Of a stretch of 64,000 bases of DNA, positions 42,038 to 51,453 are shown one piece after another (positions within the stretch are counted from its first letter, which is position 1; every line of letters begins with the position of its first letter). The notes beneath the pieces are model-generated. The model was not told the origin of the DNA. It worked only from the letters and a program-made list of their open reading frames with translations, and made no database searches. The stretch is taken from contig JBCBZJ010000001.1 of the NCBI GenBank assembly GCA_039815375.1, positions 192,001-256,000 on the forward strand, in the 5' to 3' direction. Source of the stretch: Verrucomicrobiota bacterium. GTDB lineage: Bacteria; Verrucomicrobiota; Verrucomicrobiia; Opitutales; Coraliomargaritaceae. The translations under genes and the position numbers were made by a program.

Positions 42038-43012
42038 ATGAATACAGTCCGAGCCGCCGCCATCCAAATTGCTCCCGACCTCAACAGTGGAGCGGGCACC
42101 GTTAACCTGATGTGCGATGCCATCTCCGAGGCCTCGAAGCAAGGCGTGCAGCTCGCTGTCTTTCCCGAGACCTTTGTGCCTTACTATCCGTATTTCTCTT
42201 TTGTCGAGCCGCCGGTGCTGTCTGGAAAGGCGCACCTGCAGCTTTACAAAGAGGCGGTCGTTGTGCCGGGGCCATTGGTCAACCAACTCAAGCAGGTCGC
42301 ACTGGAATACGAAATGGTCCTCTGTATCGGTGTTAACGAGAAAGAGGGCGAGTCGCTTTACAATACACAGCTCATCATAGACTCCGACGGTGAGCTTAAA
42401 CTAAAGCGCCGAAAAATCACACCGACCTATCACGAACGTATGGTTTGGGGACGTGGCGATGGTTCCGGTTTGAAGGCGGTGGATACTGCGGTAGGCCGTA
42501 TCGGTGCGCTCGCCTGCTGGGAGCACTATAATCCGCTCGCTCGTTACACCCTAATGGCCGACGGCGAGCAGATCCACTGCGCTCAATTCCCAGGTTCCAT
42601 GGTCGGGCAAATTTTTGCCGACCAAATCGAAGTCTCCATTCGCCACCATGCTCTGGAGTCGGGGTGTTTCGTCGTTAACTCGACCGGCTGGCTCACTCCT
42701 GATCAGCGCGCCCAGATCACCGATAATGAGAAGATGCAGAAAGCGCTAAGCGGTGGATGCTACTCCGCAATTATTGCACCAGATGGCTCTCATCTTTGCG
42801 ACCCGATCACCGAAGGTGAAGGCATGGCCATCGCCGATCTGGACTTCTCCCTGATTACCAAGCGCAAGCGCATGATGGATTCGGTCGGTCACTATGCGCG
42901 GCCTGATCTGTTCTCCCTTAAAGTAAATAAGGCAGAACAGCCCGCCATCGAAGTCACTGAACAAAATAAAATTCAACCGCCTTTTGAAAATGAGTCAGTC
43001 GCTAGTTTCTAA
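42038..43012 (+). CDS. nitC: Nit6803/Nit1C-family nitrilase
   Basis: Catalytic E (FPET), K ([11 protein letters not shown]), C (ACWEH). Confidence 0.95.
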   Translation: MNTVRAAAIQIAPDLNSGAGTVNLMCDAISEASKQGVQLAVFPETFVPYYPYFSFVEPPVLSGKAHLQLYKEAVVVPGPLVNQLKQVALEYEMVLCIGVNEKEGESLYNTQLIIDSDGELKLKRRKITPTYHERMVWGRGDGSGLKAVDTAVGRIGALACWEHYNPLARYTLMADGEQIHCAQFPGSMVGQIFADQIEVSIRHHALESGCFVVNSTGWLTPDQRAQITDNEKMQKALSGGCYSAIIAPDGSHLCDPITEGEGMAIADLDFSLITKRKRMMDSVGHYARPDLFSLKVNKAEQPAIEVTEQNKIQPPFENESVASF

Positions 43013-43028
43013 CACATACAGTTCAAAT

Positions 43029-44144
43029 ATGATCGCTGACAAGAGCACCTTGCTCTCGGAGCTCCAGTCCTACGGTGTGCAACTGACTTCGGATTCTGGT
43101 GTGCCATCGCGTATCGGAGGTGCGGGACCTACTGATCACAAAGCGATGACGATTATGGGGACGACGATCATGGTCCCTGTCCATACCTATACCGCAGAAG
43201 GTTCGCCATTTTCCATGGGACCTGCCGACGAAGAAGGCCGCGCTTCCTTAAACTACATTAACATCCCGATTGTTAAAGTCACCTTCCCGCCGCAACCAAA
43301 GTTCTACAGCATGTCGACTGCGGAAGGCGTGCCTTACTGGAAGATCGCTACGCTGCACTCAACTGATGTTTTGGCGACCACGGTCCTCCAGACCTGTATC
43401 CGATACGGAAACAAGAAGACAAAATGTCAATTCTGCGCAATTGGAGAATCTCTGAAAGCAGGCCGGACAATCGCTCGTAAAGAGCCGGAGCAACTCGCCG
43501 AAGTCGCCTATGCTGCGATGAAGCACGACGGTATCAAGCAGGTCGTCATGACGACTGGAACTCCGGTGACGACAGATCGTGGTGCATCGATTCTCTGCGA
43601 CAGCGCACGCGCTATTAAAGAAGCCACCGGCTTGGCCATCCAGGCGCAGTGTGAGCCGCCTGATGATTTCGCATGGTTCCAGCGGCTAAAGGATGCGGGC
43701 GTCGACAGTCTCGGCATGCACCTCGAAGCGTGGAACGAAGAAGTCCGCGCTGAGATTATGCCAGGTAAGGCAGAAGTGCCTCTGAGCTACTACATGGAGG
43801 CGTTCAAAGCTGCAGTGCAGGTCTTCGGTCGTGCCCAGGTCAGCACCTATCTGCTCGCGGGGCTGGGCGATACGAAAGGCGAGCTGATTGATGCTGCGCG
43901 CCAATTGATCGAGATTGGCGTCTATCCTTTCATTGTCCCATTTGTGCCAGTCACTGGCACACAGCTGGAGAACCATCCTGCACCGAACACAGATTTTATG
44001 CGAGCTGTGCTCGCCCCAGTCGGGGCCATGTTAACTGAAGCTGGGATGACCTCCGATACGGTCAAGGCCGGCTGTGCGAAGTGCGGCGCTTGCTCCTCCC
44101 TCTCCTCATTCGAAAACAAAAAACAAAGCTGCTCTGCAGCCTAA
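43029..44144 (+). CDS. nitD: MSMEG_0568-family radical SAM protein
   Basis: GGAGPTDHKA, QTCIRY...CQFC atypical Cys motif, C-terminal CAKCGACS; start set at MIADK. Confidence 0.92.
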   Translation: MIADKSTLLSELQSYGVQLTSDSGVPSRIGGAGPTDHKAMTIMGTTIMVPVHTYTAEGSPFSMGPADEEGRASLNYINIPIVKVTFPPQPKFYSMSTAEGVPYWKIATLHSTDVLATTVLQTCIRYGNKKTKCQFCAIGESLKAGRTIARKEPEQLAEVAYAAMKHDGIKQVVMTTGTPVTTDRGASILCDSARAIKEATGLAIQAQCEPPDDFAWFQRLKDAGVDSLGMHLEAWNEEVRAEIMPGKAEVPLSYYMEAFKAAVQVFGRAQVSTYLLAGLGDTKGELIDAARQLIEIGVYPFIVPFVPVTGTQLENHPAPNTDFMRAVLAPVGAMLTEAGMTSDTVKAGCAKCGACSSLSSFENKKQSCSAA

Positions 44145-44149
44145 TTGCC

Positions 44150-44425
44150 ATGCCAGAAACTGTATTTAAAATTCAACTACCCGATGGGCGAGACTACAAC
44201 TGCTATTCACCATCGAGTATCGTCCGTAAATATTTCTCGGTCGGAGATAAGATTCCCAACGTAGAATTCCTGAAGAAAGCACAGGAGTCTTTGAAAATCG
44301 CTTCGGACCGGGTTGAGCAGAAATTCGGATTCCAGTGTTCCGGGGCGATGAATTCGCTGCACGACATCGAGAAACTGTCTGCCCAGTTCAAGCCTGAAGA
44401 AATCATTGAAGTAACCGAAATTTAG
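44150..44425 (+). CDS. nitG: MSMEG_0570-family protein
   Basis: MPETVFKIQLPDG...CYSPS, ASDRV..KFGFQCS. Confidence 0.85.
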   Translation: MPETVFKIQLPDGRDYNCYSPSSIVRKYFSVGDKIPNVEFLKKAQESLKIASDRVEQKFGFQCSGAMNSLHDIEKLSAQFKPEEIIEVTEI

Positions 44426-44437
44426 GAGGTGTCAAAA

Positions 44438-45709
44438 ATGAGTGTGATTGAAAAAGATGTGGACGTCATCGTGATCGGAGCCGGCCAAGCTGGATTAAGC
44501 GTATCCTATTATTTACAGAAACAGGGGATAACTAGCCAAGCGATCTTCGAGAAAAACGAAGTCGCGCACAGTTGGAAAAAGGAGCGCTGGGATTCGTTTT
44601 GCCTCGTTACGCCAAATTTTCAATGCCGTCTTCCGGATCATCCTTACGCGGGGCCGGACCCTGAAGGCTTCATGCTTAAAGATGAAATCGTCGATTATGT
44701 GGCCGGTTTTGCAAATAAGGTGACGAGTCCGATTTACGAAGGCGTCGAGGTGCTGTCTGTTCATAAAGAGTCGGATCGCTTTGTGGTCGAAACCTCGACC
44801 GAAGGTATCTGGCGCTGCAAGCAGGTTGTCGTGGCCACCGGCTCCTTCCACACCCCGGTTCTACCTCCGAACGTTGAGTCGATACCCGATTCGATTACTC
44901 AGTTGATCGCGACTGACTACCGCAACCCTGGGCAGATTCCCGAGGGTGCCGTCGCCGTCGTCGGTTCTGGGCAGTCCGGTTGCCAAATAGCCGAAGACTT
45001 AATGTTGGATGGACGTCAGGTGCATCTTTTTCTCGGCAATGCTCCGAGGTCTCCACGTCAATACCGTGGCAAAGACGCAGTCGCATGGCTCGAGGAGATG
45101 GGTTATTACAAAACCACCTTTGCCGAGCATCCAGATAAGCAAAAGGCGCTCACCGGAACCAATCATTATCTAACAGGTCGCGATGGTGGACGGGAAATCG
45201 ATCTTCGGAAATTCGTGCAGAGAGGCCTGAAGCTGTATGGATATCTGGATCAGGTTTCAGGGGAGGGTTTCAATGCACGCGCCGATGTGAAGGAAAAGCT
45301 GGACGCTGCTGACCGCTCCTACCTTGGTATTCGCAAACGCATTGACGAGTATATCGAAGCAGCAGGAATTGATGCTCCGGAAGAACCAGAATACGCCCCA
45401 TGTTGGGAACCTGAACTCGACCTAACTGAGCTCAATTTTAAGGAGCAGAATATTAGCTCGATCATCTGGTGCATCGGCTTTCGCCCGAACTTCGGGTACC
45501 TAAAGCTAGATATTTTTAACAGCCGTGGGTTCCCGATTCATAACCGAGGTATAACCGAAGCTCCGGGGTTATTTTTCATTGGTCTACCGTGGCAGCACAC
45601 TTGGGGCTCGTCTCGCTTCTCTGGAATCGCGGAAGATTCGAAGTTCATCGCCGACAAGATCGAAAAGGCGATGAAGACTGTTTCCGAAACAGAATATTTC
45701 TTCGTCTAA
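44438..45709 (+). CDS. nitH: MSMEG_0569-family flavin-dependent oxidoreductase
   Basis: GAGQAG, RWDSFCLVTPN, GSGQSG.QIAED, NHYLTGRDGG. Confidence 0.9.
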   Translation: MSVIEKDVDVIVIGAGQAGLSVSYYLQKQGITSQAIFEKNEVAHSWKKERWDSFCLVTPNFQCRLPDHPYAGPDPEGFMLKDEIVDYVAGFANKVTSPIYEGVEVLSVHKESDRFVVETSTEGIWRCKQVVVATGSFHTPVLPPNVESIPDSITQLIATDYRNPGQIPEGAVAVVGSGQSGCQIAEDLMLDGRQVHLFLGNAPRSPRQYRGKDAVAWLEEMGYYKTTFAEHPDKQKALTGTNHYLTGRDGGREIDLRKFVQRGLKLYGYLDQVSGEGFNARADVKEKLDAADRSYLGIRKRIDEYIEAAGIDAPEEPEYAPCWEPELDLTELNFKEQNISSIIWCIGFRPNFGYLKLDIFNSRGFPIHNRGITEAPGLFFIGLPWQHTWGSSRFSGIAEDSKFIADKIEKAMKTVSETEYFFV

Positions 45710-45741
45710 ACTGGCGGTACTAAAAAAGGAGGAAACGACGA

Positions 45742-46308
45742 ATGATACTGGAAAAGTTTCGTAGCTACCAATCTCAGGATTATATTTTTAAAATAGCGAC
45801 TACTGACGAGGACATGCGCGGCTTTCATCGCTTACGTCGAAATATCTTTTGCGATGAGCAAGGTGTCTTCGAAGGAGATGATCTCGACCCAATTGACGAA
45901 ACCATGATTCCCATTGTCTGTAAGCCGCTGGTAGCAGGGATGGAAGATGAAGTGATTGGCTGTGTGAGAATAGATGAACGGGAGCCTGGAGTTTGGTATG
46001 GAAGCCGGCTCGGAGTCTCCTCGGATTATCGGCGTGTGCGACGTTTTAGTTCTGCCGCGACAATTCGCAATCAACAGCCTTGTAACGCTGGGCTTGGTGC
46101 CATCGGTGCGGGACTTATCTACAAAGCAGTATCGACTGCAAACGCGATCGGGTGTGATGAGTTCTTAGCAACCGTGCAAAAGCAGAATGCGCGTTTCTTC
46201 GAGCGCCTGCACTGGGAGCCACTTCGCTCAATCAAGCTTCATGGTTTCGAACATATGCTCATGCGAGCAGATTTAGACTATTACAAACCTGCCGCTCGGG
46301 TAGCATAG
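45742..46308 (+). CDS. nitE: MSMEG_0567/Sll0786-family GNAT acetyltransferase
   Basis: LRRNIFCDEQG, WYGSRLGV, AVSTAN..GC.EFLATVQ.QN. Confidence 0.88.
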   Translation: MILEKFRSYQSQDYIFKIATTDEDMRGFHRLRRNIFCDEQGVFEGDDLDPIDETMIPIVCKPLVAGMEDEVIGCVRIDEREPGVWYGSRLGVSSDYRRVRRFSSAATIRNQQPCNAGLGAIGAGLIYKAVSTANAIGCDEFLATVQKQNARFFERLHWEPLRSIKLHGFEHMLMRADLDYYKPAARVA

Positions 46309-46340
46309 GTATCTTATTAGAAGAAAGAACGACTCTTTGA

Positions 46341-47312
46341 ATGTCTCAATCTGACTATAGTTTAGATGATTTAGCAAAGGAACTTTCTAGACACCCTGCA
46401 GTATTGGAGAAGGCTACAATTACTTCGGCTTACAAGCCTGCCGATGCTGTATCCGGCGAAGTAGAATTGGGCGATGATTGTGCCGCGATTCACGATCCAG
46501 CAACAGGTGGCTATCTCCTTTTCGCAGCGGAGGGAATGATCAGTAGCTTCGTCGAAGAAGATCCATGGTTTGCCGGATATTCTGCCGTGATGGTGAACCT
46601 AAGTGATGTCGCTGCAATGGGTGGTTCTCCGCTCGCCATTACTGATGTCCTCTGGTGCTCGGAATCAGATCACGAGACCGTAGAGCTGATATGGGATGGG
46701 ATGCGAGCTGCCTCAGAGGCGTATGGTGTGCCGATTGTCGGCGGACATACGACTCAAACTCTTGAACCATCAGATAGAGTTCAGTTGGCCGCAGCTGTCT
46801 TGGGGCGTGCCGGAGAAAACCTGCTGACCAGTTTTCACGCGAAGCCCGGGGATCAAGTCGTAATGGTGGTTGATACTGCAGGTGCCTATCGCGGAGACAA
46901 ACCATTCTGGAATGCGAGCACGACCAGCACACCGGAGAAACTTAGGCAGAATCTCGGTCTACTGCCCAAGCTGGCCGAATCCGGACTTTGCACATCAGGA
47001 AAGGACATTTCAAACGGCGGCATTGTCGGCACATTGGCTATGCTTGCCGAATGCTCAAACGTCGGTGCTATTTTGAGTCTCGATGACATGTTTCGGCCCG
47101 AGGGCACGGATTGGCTCAAATGGCTAATATCTTTTCCCAGTTTCGGGTATCTACTTGCCCTAAAGAAAGAGAACGTCGAGGCAGCTCGAGAGATCTTTGC
47201 CGCGGAGGAGTCCATCTTGGTTCAAGAGGTTGGGCGTTTCACGGAGCAGAAAATGCTTTGTATAGAGCATGACAAGCAGATCCGCGAACTGACGTTCCCA
47301 AAATGCGACTGA
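46341..47312 (+). CDS. nitF: Sll0787-family AIR-synthase-like protein
   Basis: LGDDCAAI, DPWFAGY, VNLSDVAAMGG, GGHT, KDISNGG, FPSFGYL. Confidence 0.9.
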   Translation: MSQSDYSLDDLAKELSRHPAVLEKATITSAYKPADAVSGEVELGDDCAAIHDPATGGYLLFAAEGMISSFVEEDPWFAGYSAVMVNLSDVAAMGGSPLAITDVLWCSESDHETVELIWDGMRAASEAYGVPIVGGHTTQTLEPSDRVQLAAAVLGRAGENLLTSFHAKPGDQVVMVVDTAGAYRGDKPFWNASTTSTPEKLRQNLGLLPKLAESGLCTSGKDISNGGIVGTLAMLAECSNVGAILSLDDMFRPEGTDWLKWLISFPSFGYLLALKKENVEAAREIFAAEESILVQEVGRFTEQKMLCIEHDKQIRELTFPKCD

Positions 47313-47356
47313 AACATTTCTAATTCGAAAATTCAAACAAACTCCCTCTAGAACTT

Positions 47357-47797
47357 ATGAGTAATCAACTAGAGAAACTACCACTTCCGCCGTTTACTGA
47401 AGAGACCGCGAAACAAAAAGTCCAAATGGCAGAAGATGCCTGGAACGCTAAAGATTCCGAAAAGGTCTTGATGGCATACACACCTGACTCAGAATGGCGC
47501 AACCGAGCCGAGTTCATCAATGGCCGAGCTGAAATCGTCGAATTCCTCAAACGCAAATGGGCCAAGGAGATCGACTACAAGCTAAATAAGAGCCTTTGGA
47601 CTTTCAGTGACAATCGCATTGCTGCGAGGTTCGAGTATGAGTGGCATGACGAATCCGGTCAGTGGTATCGGTCTCACGGTAATGAAAACTGAGAGTTCGA
47701 CGAAAATGGATTCATGGCCAAGCGATATGCATCCATCAACGACCAGCCGATTGAGGAGTCAGATCTCAAGGAAACGACTGATCCCTGCAGTTCGTAA
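47357..47797 (+). pseudogene. DUF1348 (NTF2/SnoaL-like) gene interrupted by in-frame TGA
   Basis: [27 protein letters not shown] 47690-47692 in GNEN*EFDENG..M..R.ASIND where the family has W; frame stays open to TAA 47797. Confidence 0.8.
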
Positions 47798-47916
47798 ATT
47801 GGGCAACTGTGTCTTTAAGGCACGTTCTTAAGAATTCTATAACCTGTTGACAGAAATATAATTTCAAGATTTAGCCTCTCACTTCGTTTAGACCAACAAT
47901 AAAGCCTATTGGGGAG

Positions 47917-49467
47917 TTATTTCCTAATGCGGTCGAATTGTTTGATCAGCAGAAGTAGGGCGTTTAGAATTTTTGGAGTGTAGGTCGGTGTCGAATCTAC
48001 GCGCTGTGGTTTGAAGTCTTCGTCAATGTAGTGGGTTGTCGATGCTGGGCTGAGCATAATTTTAAGCCAACGTTTGAAAGACTTAACGTTCTTTCGGGTC
48101 GGGTAGGCATTTCGTTTTTGAGCGAGCAGGTCGCAGTAAGGAAACATTTCAACGGGGTAGAGCGCGTCTGTGTTGAGGGCCGGAAATTGTTGTTTGAGTC
48201 TTACGCGATCCTCTTGGTGCGCTTCGGTTATGTTAGCTGGACGTGGTGTGGTGCCTTTGATCAGACTGATGATGTATTTGGCCTGTTGTTCGGCGATAGT
48301 AGGAATATTACCGATGATGGGACGGGCAAAGCCGATGAGGAAGAGATTCTCATAAGATTGATGCGCGCAGCCTTGGTAAAATTCGCTTACGGCAACCGAT
48401 GGTTCGAATAGTTTAGAAAGATCTGATTGGTAGCCGATCTGAGGAACGATGCAGTCAGGCTCGATGGATATTTTCTGGTCGCTTTGAAATTTGCAGAATT
48501 CACGGAAGCTTTCATTCGAGGACGATCCGATGATCTGGATCCGCTCTTCGCCGACTGCGTCGAGGAAACCGTCGCTCTTGTTGTGGAAGACGTTGAAAAG
48601 CTCATCCTTTGCAGACTTTGTCAGTCTTAGGTCCCAATCGCAGCGTCGTTGTTTGACCGCTTCGGGGCTCTTTTTTGAACCCTGTTTCGATGGGAAAATA
48701 CGGTGGAATGCATCTTGGTATTTGATGCGAGACTCGACAAATTTTTGCCCGATACGATTGCGCAATTCCGAACTGATCGAGAGCATTAGACGGTTGCGCA
48801 GAAAGTCAGATGGAACTCCGCGAATGGGGTGATAACGGGGACTGACTCGTATACCTTGCTTTAGTGAGAGGTAGACCGTGTTGTCGAGCTCTGGTTTTGC
48901 GAGCCGGTTTGCCGTATCGGCGGCGGATTCGCCGCCACCAACGACGAGCACAGTTTTCTGACGAACTTTGCTGAAGTCGCTGTTCGCGCTGATGACGGGA
49001 ATGCCGGCATCAATAGATTTTGGTCTTTGGGCGAGTCCTGTGCAGATCGCTATATGTGTGAACGTTTTAGATGCTTTTGTCGTATCTGAAAAATGGATAC
49101 GCCATTTCTCGCCCTGACACTCAATCTTTGAAACTCCTGTATTTCGTTGTATGTGAGGTGCCAGGTTGAATACTTGGACGAAGTCTTCGAGATATTCGCC
49201 ATATTCACCGCTTTGAAAAAACTCGGAGTAGTCGGGCTCTGGCGAGACACTGGCGTCATATTGTTGATGGCAGTTAAACTGGGTTGTAAACTTAGTCGAA
49301 GTCGAGACGAAGCCATCGTAAGGATGGCCCCAGCAGCCTTGGATGCTTGAGCTTTTCTCATAGCAGACGATTTCCCAGCCTGGGAGATGCTGGAGAGCGG
49401 TCTTAAGAGTAATAAGTCCGCTGCTGCCTGCTCCGATGATGGCGAGGCTTCCTTGTTGCGTTTCCAT
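47917..49467 (-). CDS. Flavin-containing monooxygenase (FMO-like)
   Basis: GAGSSG FAD motif, ICTGL, VGGGESA NADPH motif, IGFARP.IG.IP.IAEQQA. Confidence 0.85.
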   Translation of the reverse strand: METQQGSLAIIGAGSSGLITLKTALQHLPGWEIVCYEKSSSIQGCWGHPYDGFVSTSTKFTTQFNCHQQYDASVSPEPDYSEFFQSGEYGEYLEDFVQVFNLAPHIQRNTGVSKIECQGEKWRIHFSDTTKASKTFTHIAICTGLAQRPKSIDAGIPVISANSDFSKVRQKTVLVVGGGESAADTANRLAKPELDNTVYLSLKQGIRVSPRYHPIRGVPSDFLRNRLMLSISSELRNRIGQKFVESRIKYQDAFHRIFPSKQGSKKSPEAVKQRRCDWDLRLTKSAKDELFNVFHNKSDGFLDAVGEERIQIIGSSSNESFREFCKFQSDQKISIEPDCIVPQIGYQSDLSKLFEPSVAVSEFYQGCAHQSYENLFLIGFARPIIGNIPTIAEQQAKYIISLIKGTTPRPANITEAHQEDRVRLKQQFPALNTDALYPVEMFPYCDLLAQKRNAYPTRKNVKSFKRWLKIMLSPASTTHYIDEDFKPQRVDSTPTYTPKILNALLLLIKQFDRIRK

Positions 49468-49469
49468 GG

Positions 49470-50552
49470 TTAGGCGGTGTGTGCGGTGAGGCTTACGAGC
49501 ACGAAGTTGAATTGTCCGGATTCTGGAATGAAAAGCATGATCTTATCTCCGTTTCGGATCTGCTGAGTTTTGGAGAACTGGTCCAGCATGATATAGATGC
49601 TGGCTGCCCCTGTGTTGCCTACGGTTTCAAGGTTCGTCCAATAGCTGATGGGTGCGCCATCAGCGAAAGCGCGTAGCTCGCTCAGTAGATAGCGCTTGAA
49701 GAAGAATGAGGAGATGTGAGGTAGCACGTATTGATAGCTGCCTAGGTCGTCTTTGTATTTGGAGAGTCCCTCTGCGAGTGTCTGATGGGCGCAGGGCTTC
49801 ATGTGCTGCGCCAGAATATCGACGTCTTGGCTAAGAAGATTGGTCTTTCCATTCAGCTGCATGCACAGAGGCGTTTCGTGGGCGAATGAGCGTGAGAAAG
49901 TCCAATTCACTTTGAATGAGAGACGGCTTTCGTTGGGTGTTGCGCAAAGCTGCATGGCGCCCGCTCCGTCAGAAAGCATTGTGCGGAGGAAGACGGACAT
50001 GAACCATTTACTTCGTTTGATGTCGTCGTGGTCAGCGCGATCATCTGGAGGGTTGATGGCAGAGGATTTCAGGATCTCTGATGGCTGTTCGACTCCAATT
50101 GCGAGGGCTGCGTTGTGCTCGCCGGAACGGATGGCGCGAACCGAATTGACCAGCGCTTGTGCGGAGGCGGTGCAAATGCCTGAGTTCGAGTTGATCTCGA
50201 CCGGATGGCTCAGATGGCCGCCTTGCTGCATGTGGTCATGGATACGGGAGCTGAGACCGGGGCCTGTGAGTGGAGCATTCGTTGAGCCCGCAGATAGGTA
50301 GGTGATGGGATTGCCGTGAGTTTGATCCTTTAAGCAATCTGATGCTGCAAGCGTAGCGAGTTCGTAGAGGTCGTGGGTTGGGCTCTGTTCCGCATCGAGC
50401 GCATAGTGGCGGGAGCGAATACCGTTCATCCTCAGAATCTTTGTGCGAATGGCTTCCTCGCCATCCAGTTCACCCAGATAATCTGGAATTTCTTCGTTCG
50501 ATACGGGACGTCCGGGTAGGCAGGAGCTAGTTGCTGTGATGTAGCAATTCAT
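49470..50552 (-). CDS. FabH-like ketosynthase (StlD/DarB-type)
   Basis: Cys (SGICTAS), His (LPHISS), Asn (GNTGAASI), FLRTMLSDGAGA, FIPESG; start set at MNCYI. Confidence 0.82.
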   Translation of the reverse strand: MNCYITATSSCLPGRPVSNEEIPDYLGELDGEEAIRTKILRMNGIRSRHYALDAEQSPTHDLYELATLAASDCLKDQTHGNPITYLSAGSTNAPLTGPGLSSRIHDHMQQGGHLSHPVEINSNSGICTASAQALVNSVRAIRSGEHNAALAIGVEQPSEILKSSAINPPDDRADHDDIKRSKWFMSVFLRTMLSDGAGAMQLCATPNESRLSFKVNWTFSRSFAHETPLCMQLNGKTNLLSQDVDILAQHMKPCAHQTLAEGLSKYKDDLGSYQYVLPHISSFFFKRYLLSELRAFADGAPISYWTNLETVGNTGAASIYIMLDQFSKTQQIRNGDKIMLFIPESGQFNFVLVSLTAHTA

Positions 50553-50580
50553 GAGATGACCTTTGTTTCCGTTGTTGGGC

Positions 50581-51438
50581 CTAGGTGGCTGTTGCTGGAG
50601 TGCGCGTGCGTAGGCACTCGTAGGCAAACTCGTCGAAGACGATATGATAATACAGATATTGGCTTGGGTCTGAAAAGAACGCGCTGCTGTTGTAGTGGCT
50701 GCGATTGCTGTAAACCTGCATGTAAAAGTCGAGGTCGGTGAGCACGTCGTGGTCGTTACGATAGATATGCTTCATGGCCCAGAGTGCGATTGAGTCGGAA
50801 CCAAATGAGTTGAGCGCTTTGATCGTGGTCTTGAGGTCGCCGAAGATGGTGATGACGAAAACGATGAACATAACGACATTCGTGCAGCCAAACCATTGAA
50901 GGGAGTGTTTCTCGTTTAGTGCGATCGCTTTCTTGGTATACTGCTCGTGATCTTCGGGTTTCAGTTTCCGTATCGCTTCGAGATTTTCAAGAAATGCGTT
51001 TTTGTCGAAGCGGTCGACGAGTTCGTAGGAGAGTTCGTCATGACCAATGGTCATGTTGTTGAGAATGATTTCTTTGAGTGTATCGACATTGTAGTCGCCA
51101 TTGATGCCGTTGAACTTTTTGGGAGAGGTTGGCTCAGAGTCCTGCCCTGTGAGTAGATAGCGGTAGAGCAGTGGTTCGATTTGGACGTGGCGGATGAGAA
51201 GCTCCACAGCATCGCGGCTGGCGAAGTATTTGATGCCGAATGCGAGAATGCCATCAATGCAGTAGCTTTCGAAGCCGTAGGAACGCCGGTGTAGAACAAA
51301 TTTGATCGGAAAGACAATGACCCGAATAAAGAAGTAGAGGACGAGTAGGATCGGCCGGATGAAGATGTAATCGAATCGCTCTTTCTCAGTTTTAAACTGA
51401 GCGTTTACGTAGTCGGTTATGTAGGGAAATTCTTTCAT
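50581..51438 (-). CDS. Hypothetical protein, DUF6999-like
   Basis: IRP...ILAFGIKYFAS.DA..LLIRH and GHDEL patterns recalled from ketosynthase-associated DUF6999 proteins; HxxxE-type motifs. Confidence 0.55.
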   Translation of the reverse strand: MKEFPYITDYVNAQFKTEKERFDYIFIRPILLVLYFFIRVIVFPIKFVLHRRSYGFESYCIDGILAFGIKYFASRDAVELLIRHVQIEPLLYRYLLTGQDSEPTSPKKFNGINGDYNVDTLKEIILNNMTIGHDELSYELVDRFDKNAFLENLEAIRKLKPEDHEQYTKKAIALNEKHSLQWFGCTNVVMFIVFVITIFGDLKTTIKALNSFGSDSIALWAMKHIYRNDHDVLTDLDFYMQVYSNRSHYNSSAFFSDPSQYLYYHIVFDEFAYECLRTRTPATAT

Positions 51439-51453
51439 CAGTGTTACTTCGGT

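Noticed and set aside
47690..47692. Selenocysteine recoding of the TGA, prompted by the neighbouring AIRS/SelD-like gene
   Set aside because: The position corresponds to a conserved Trp, not Cys, and no clear SECIS-like hairpin follows.
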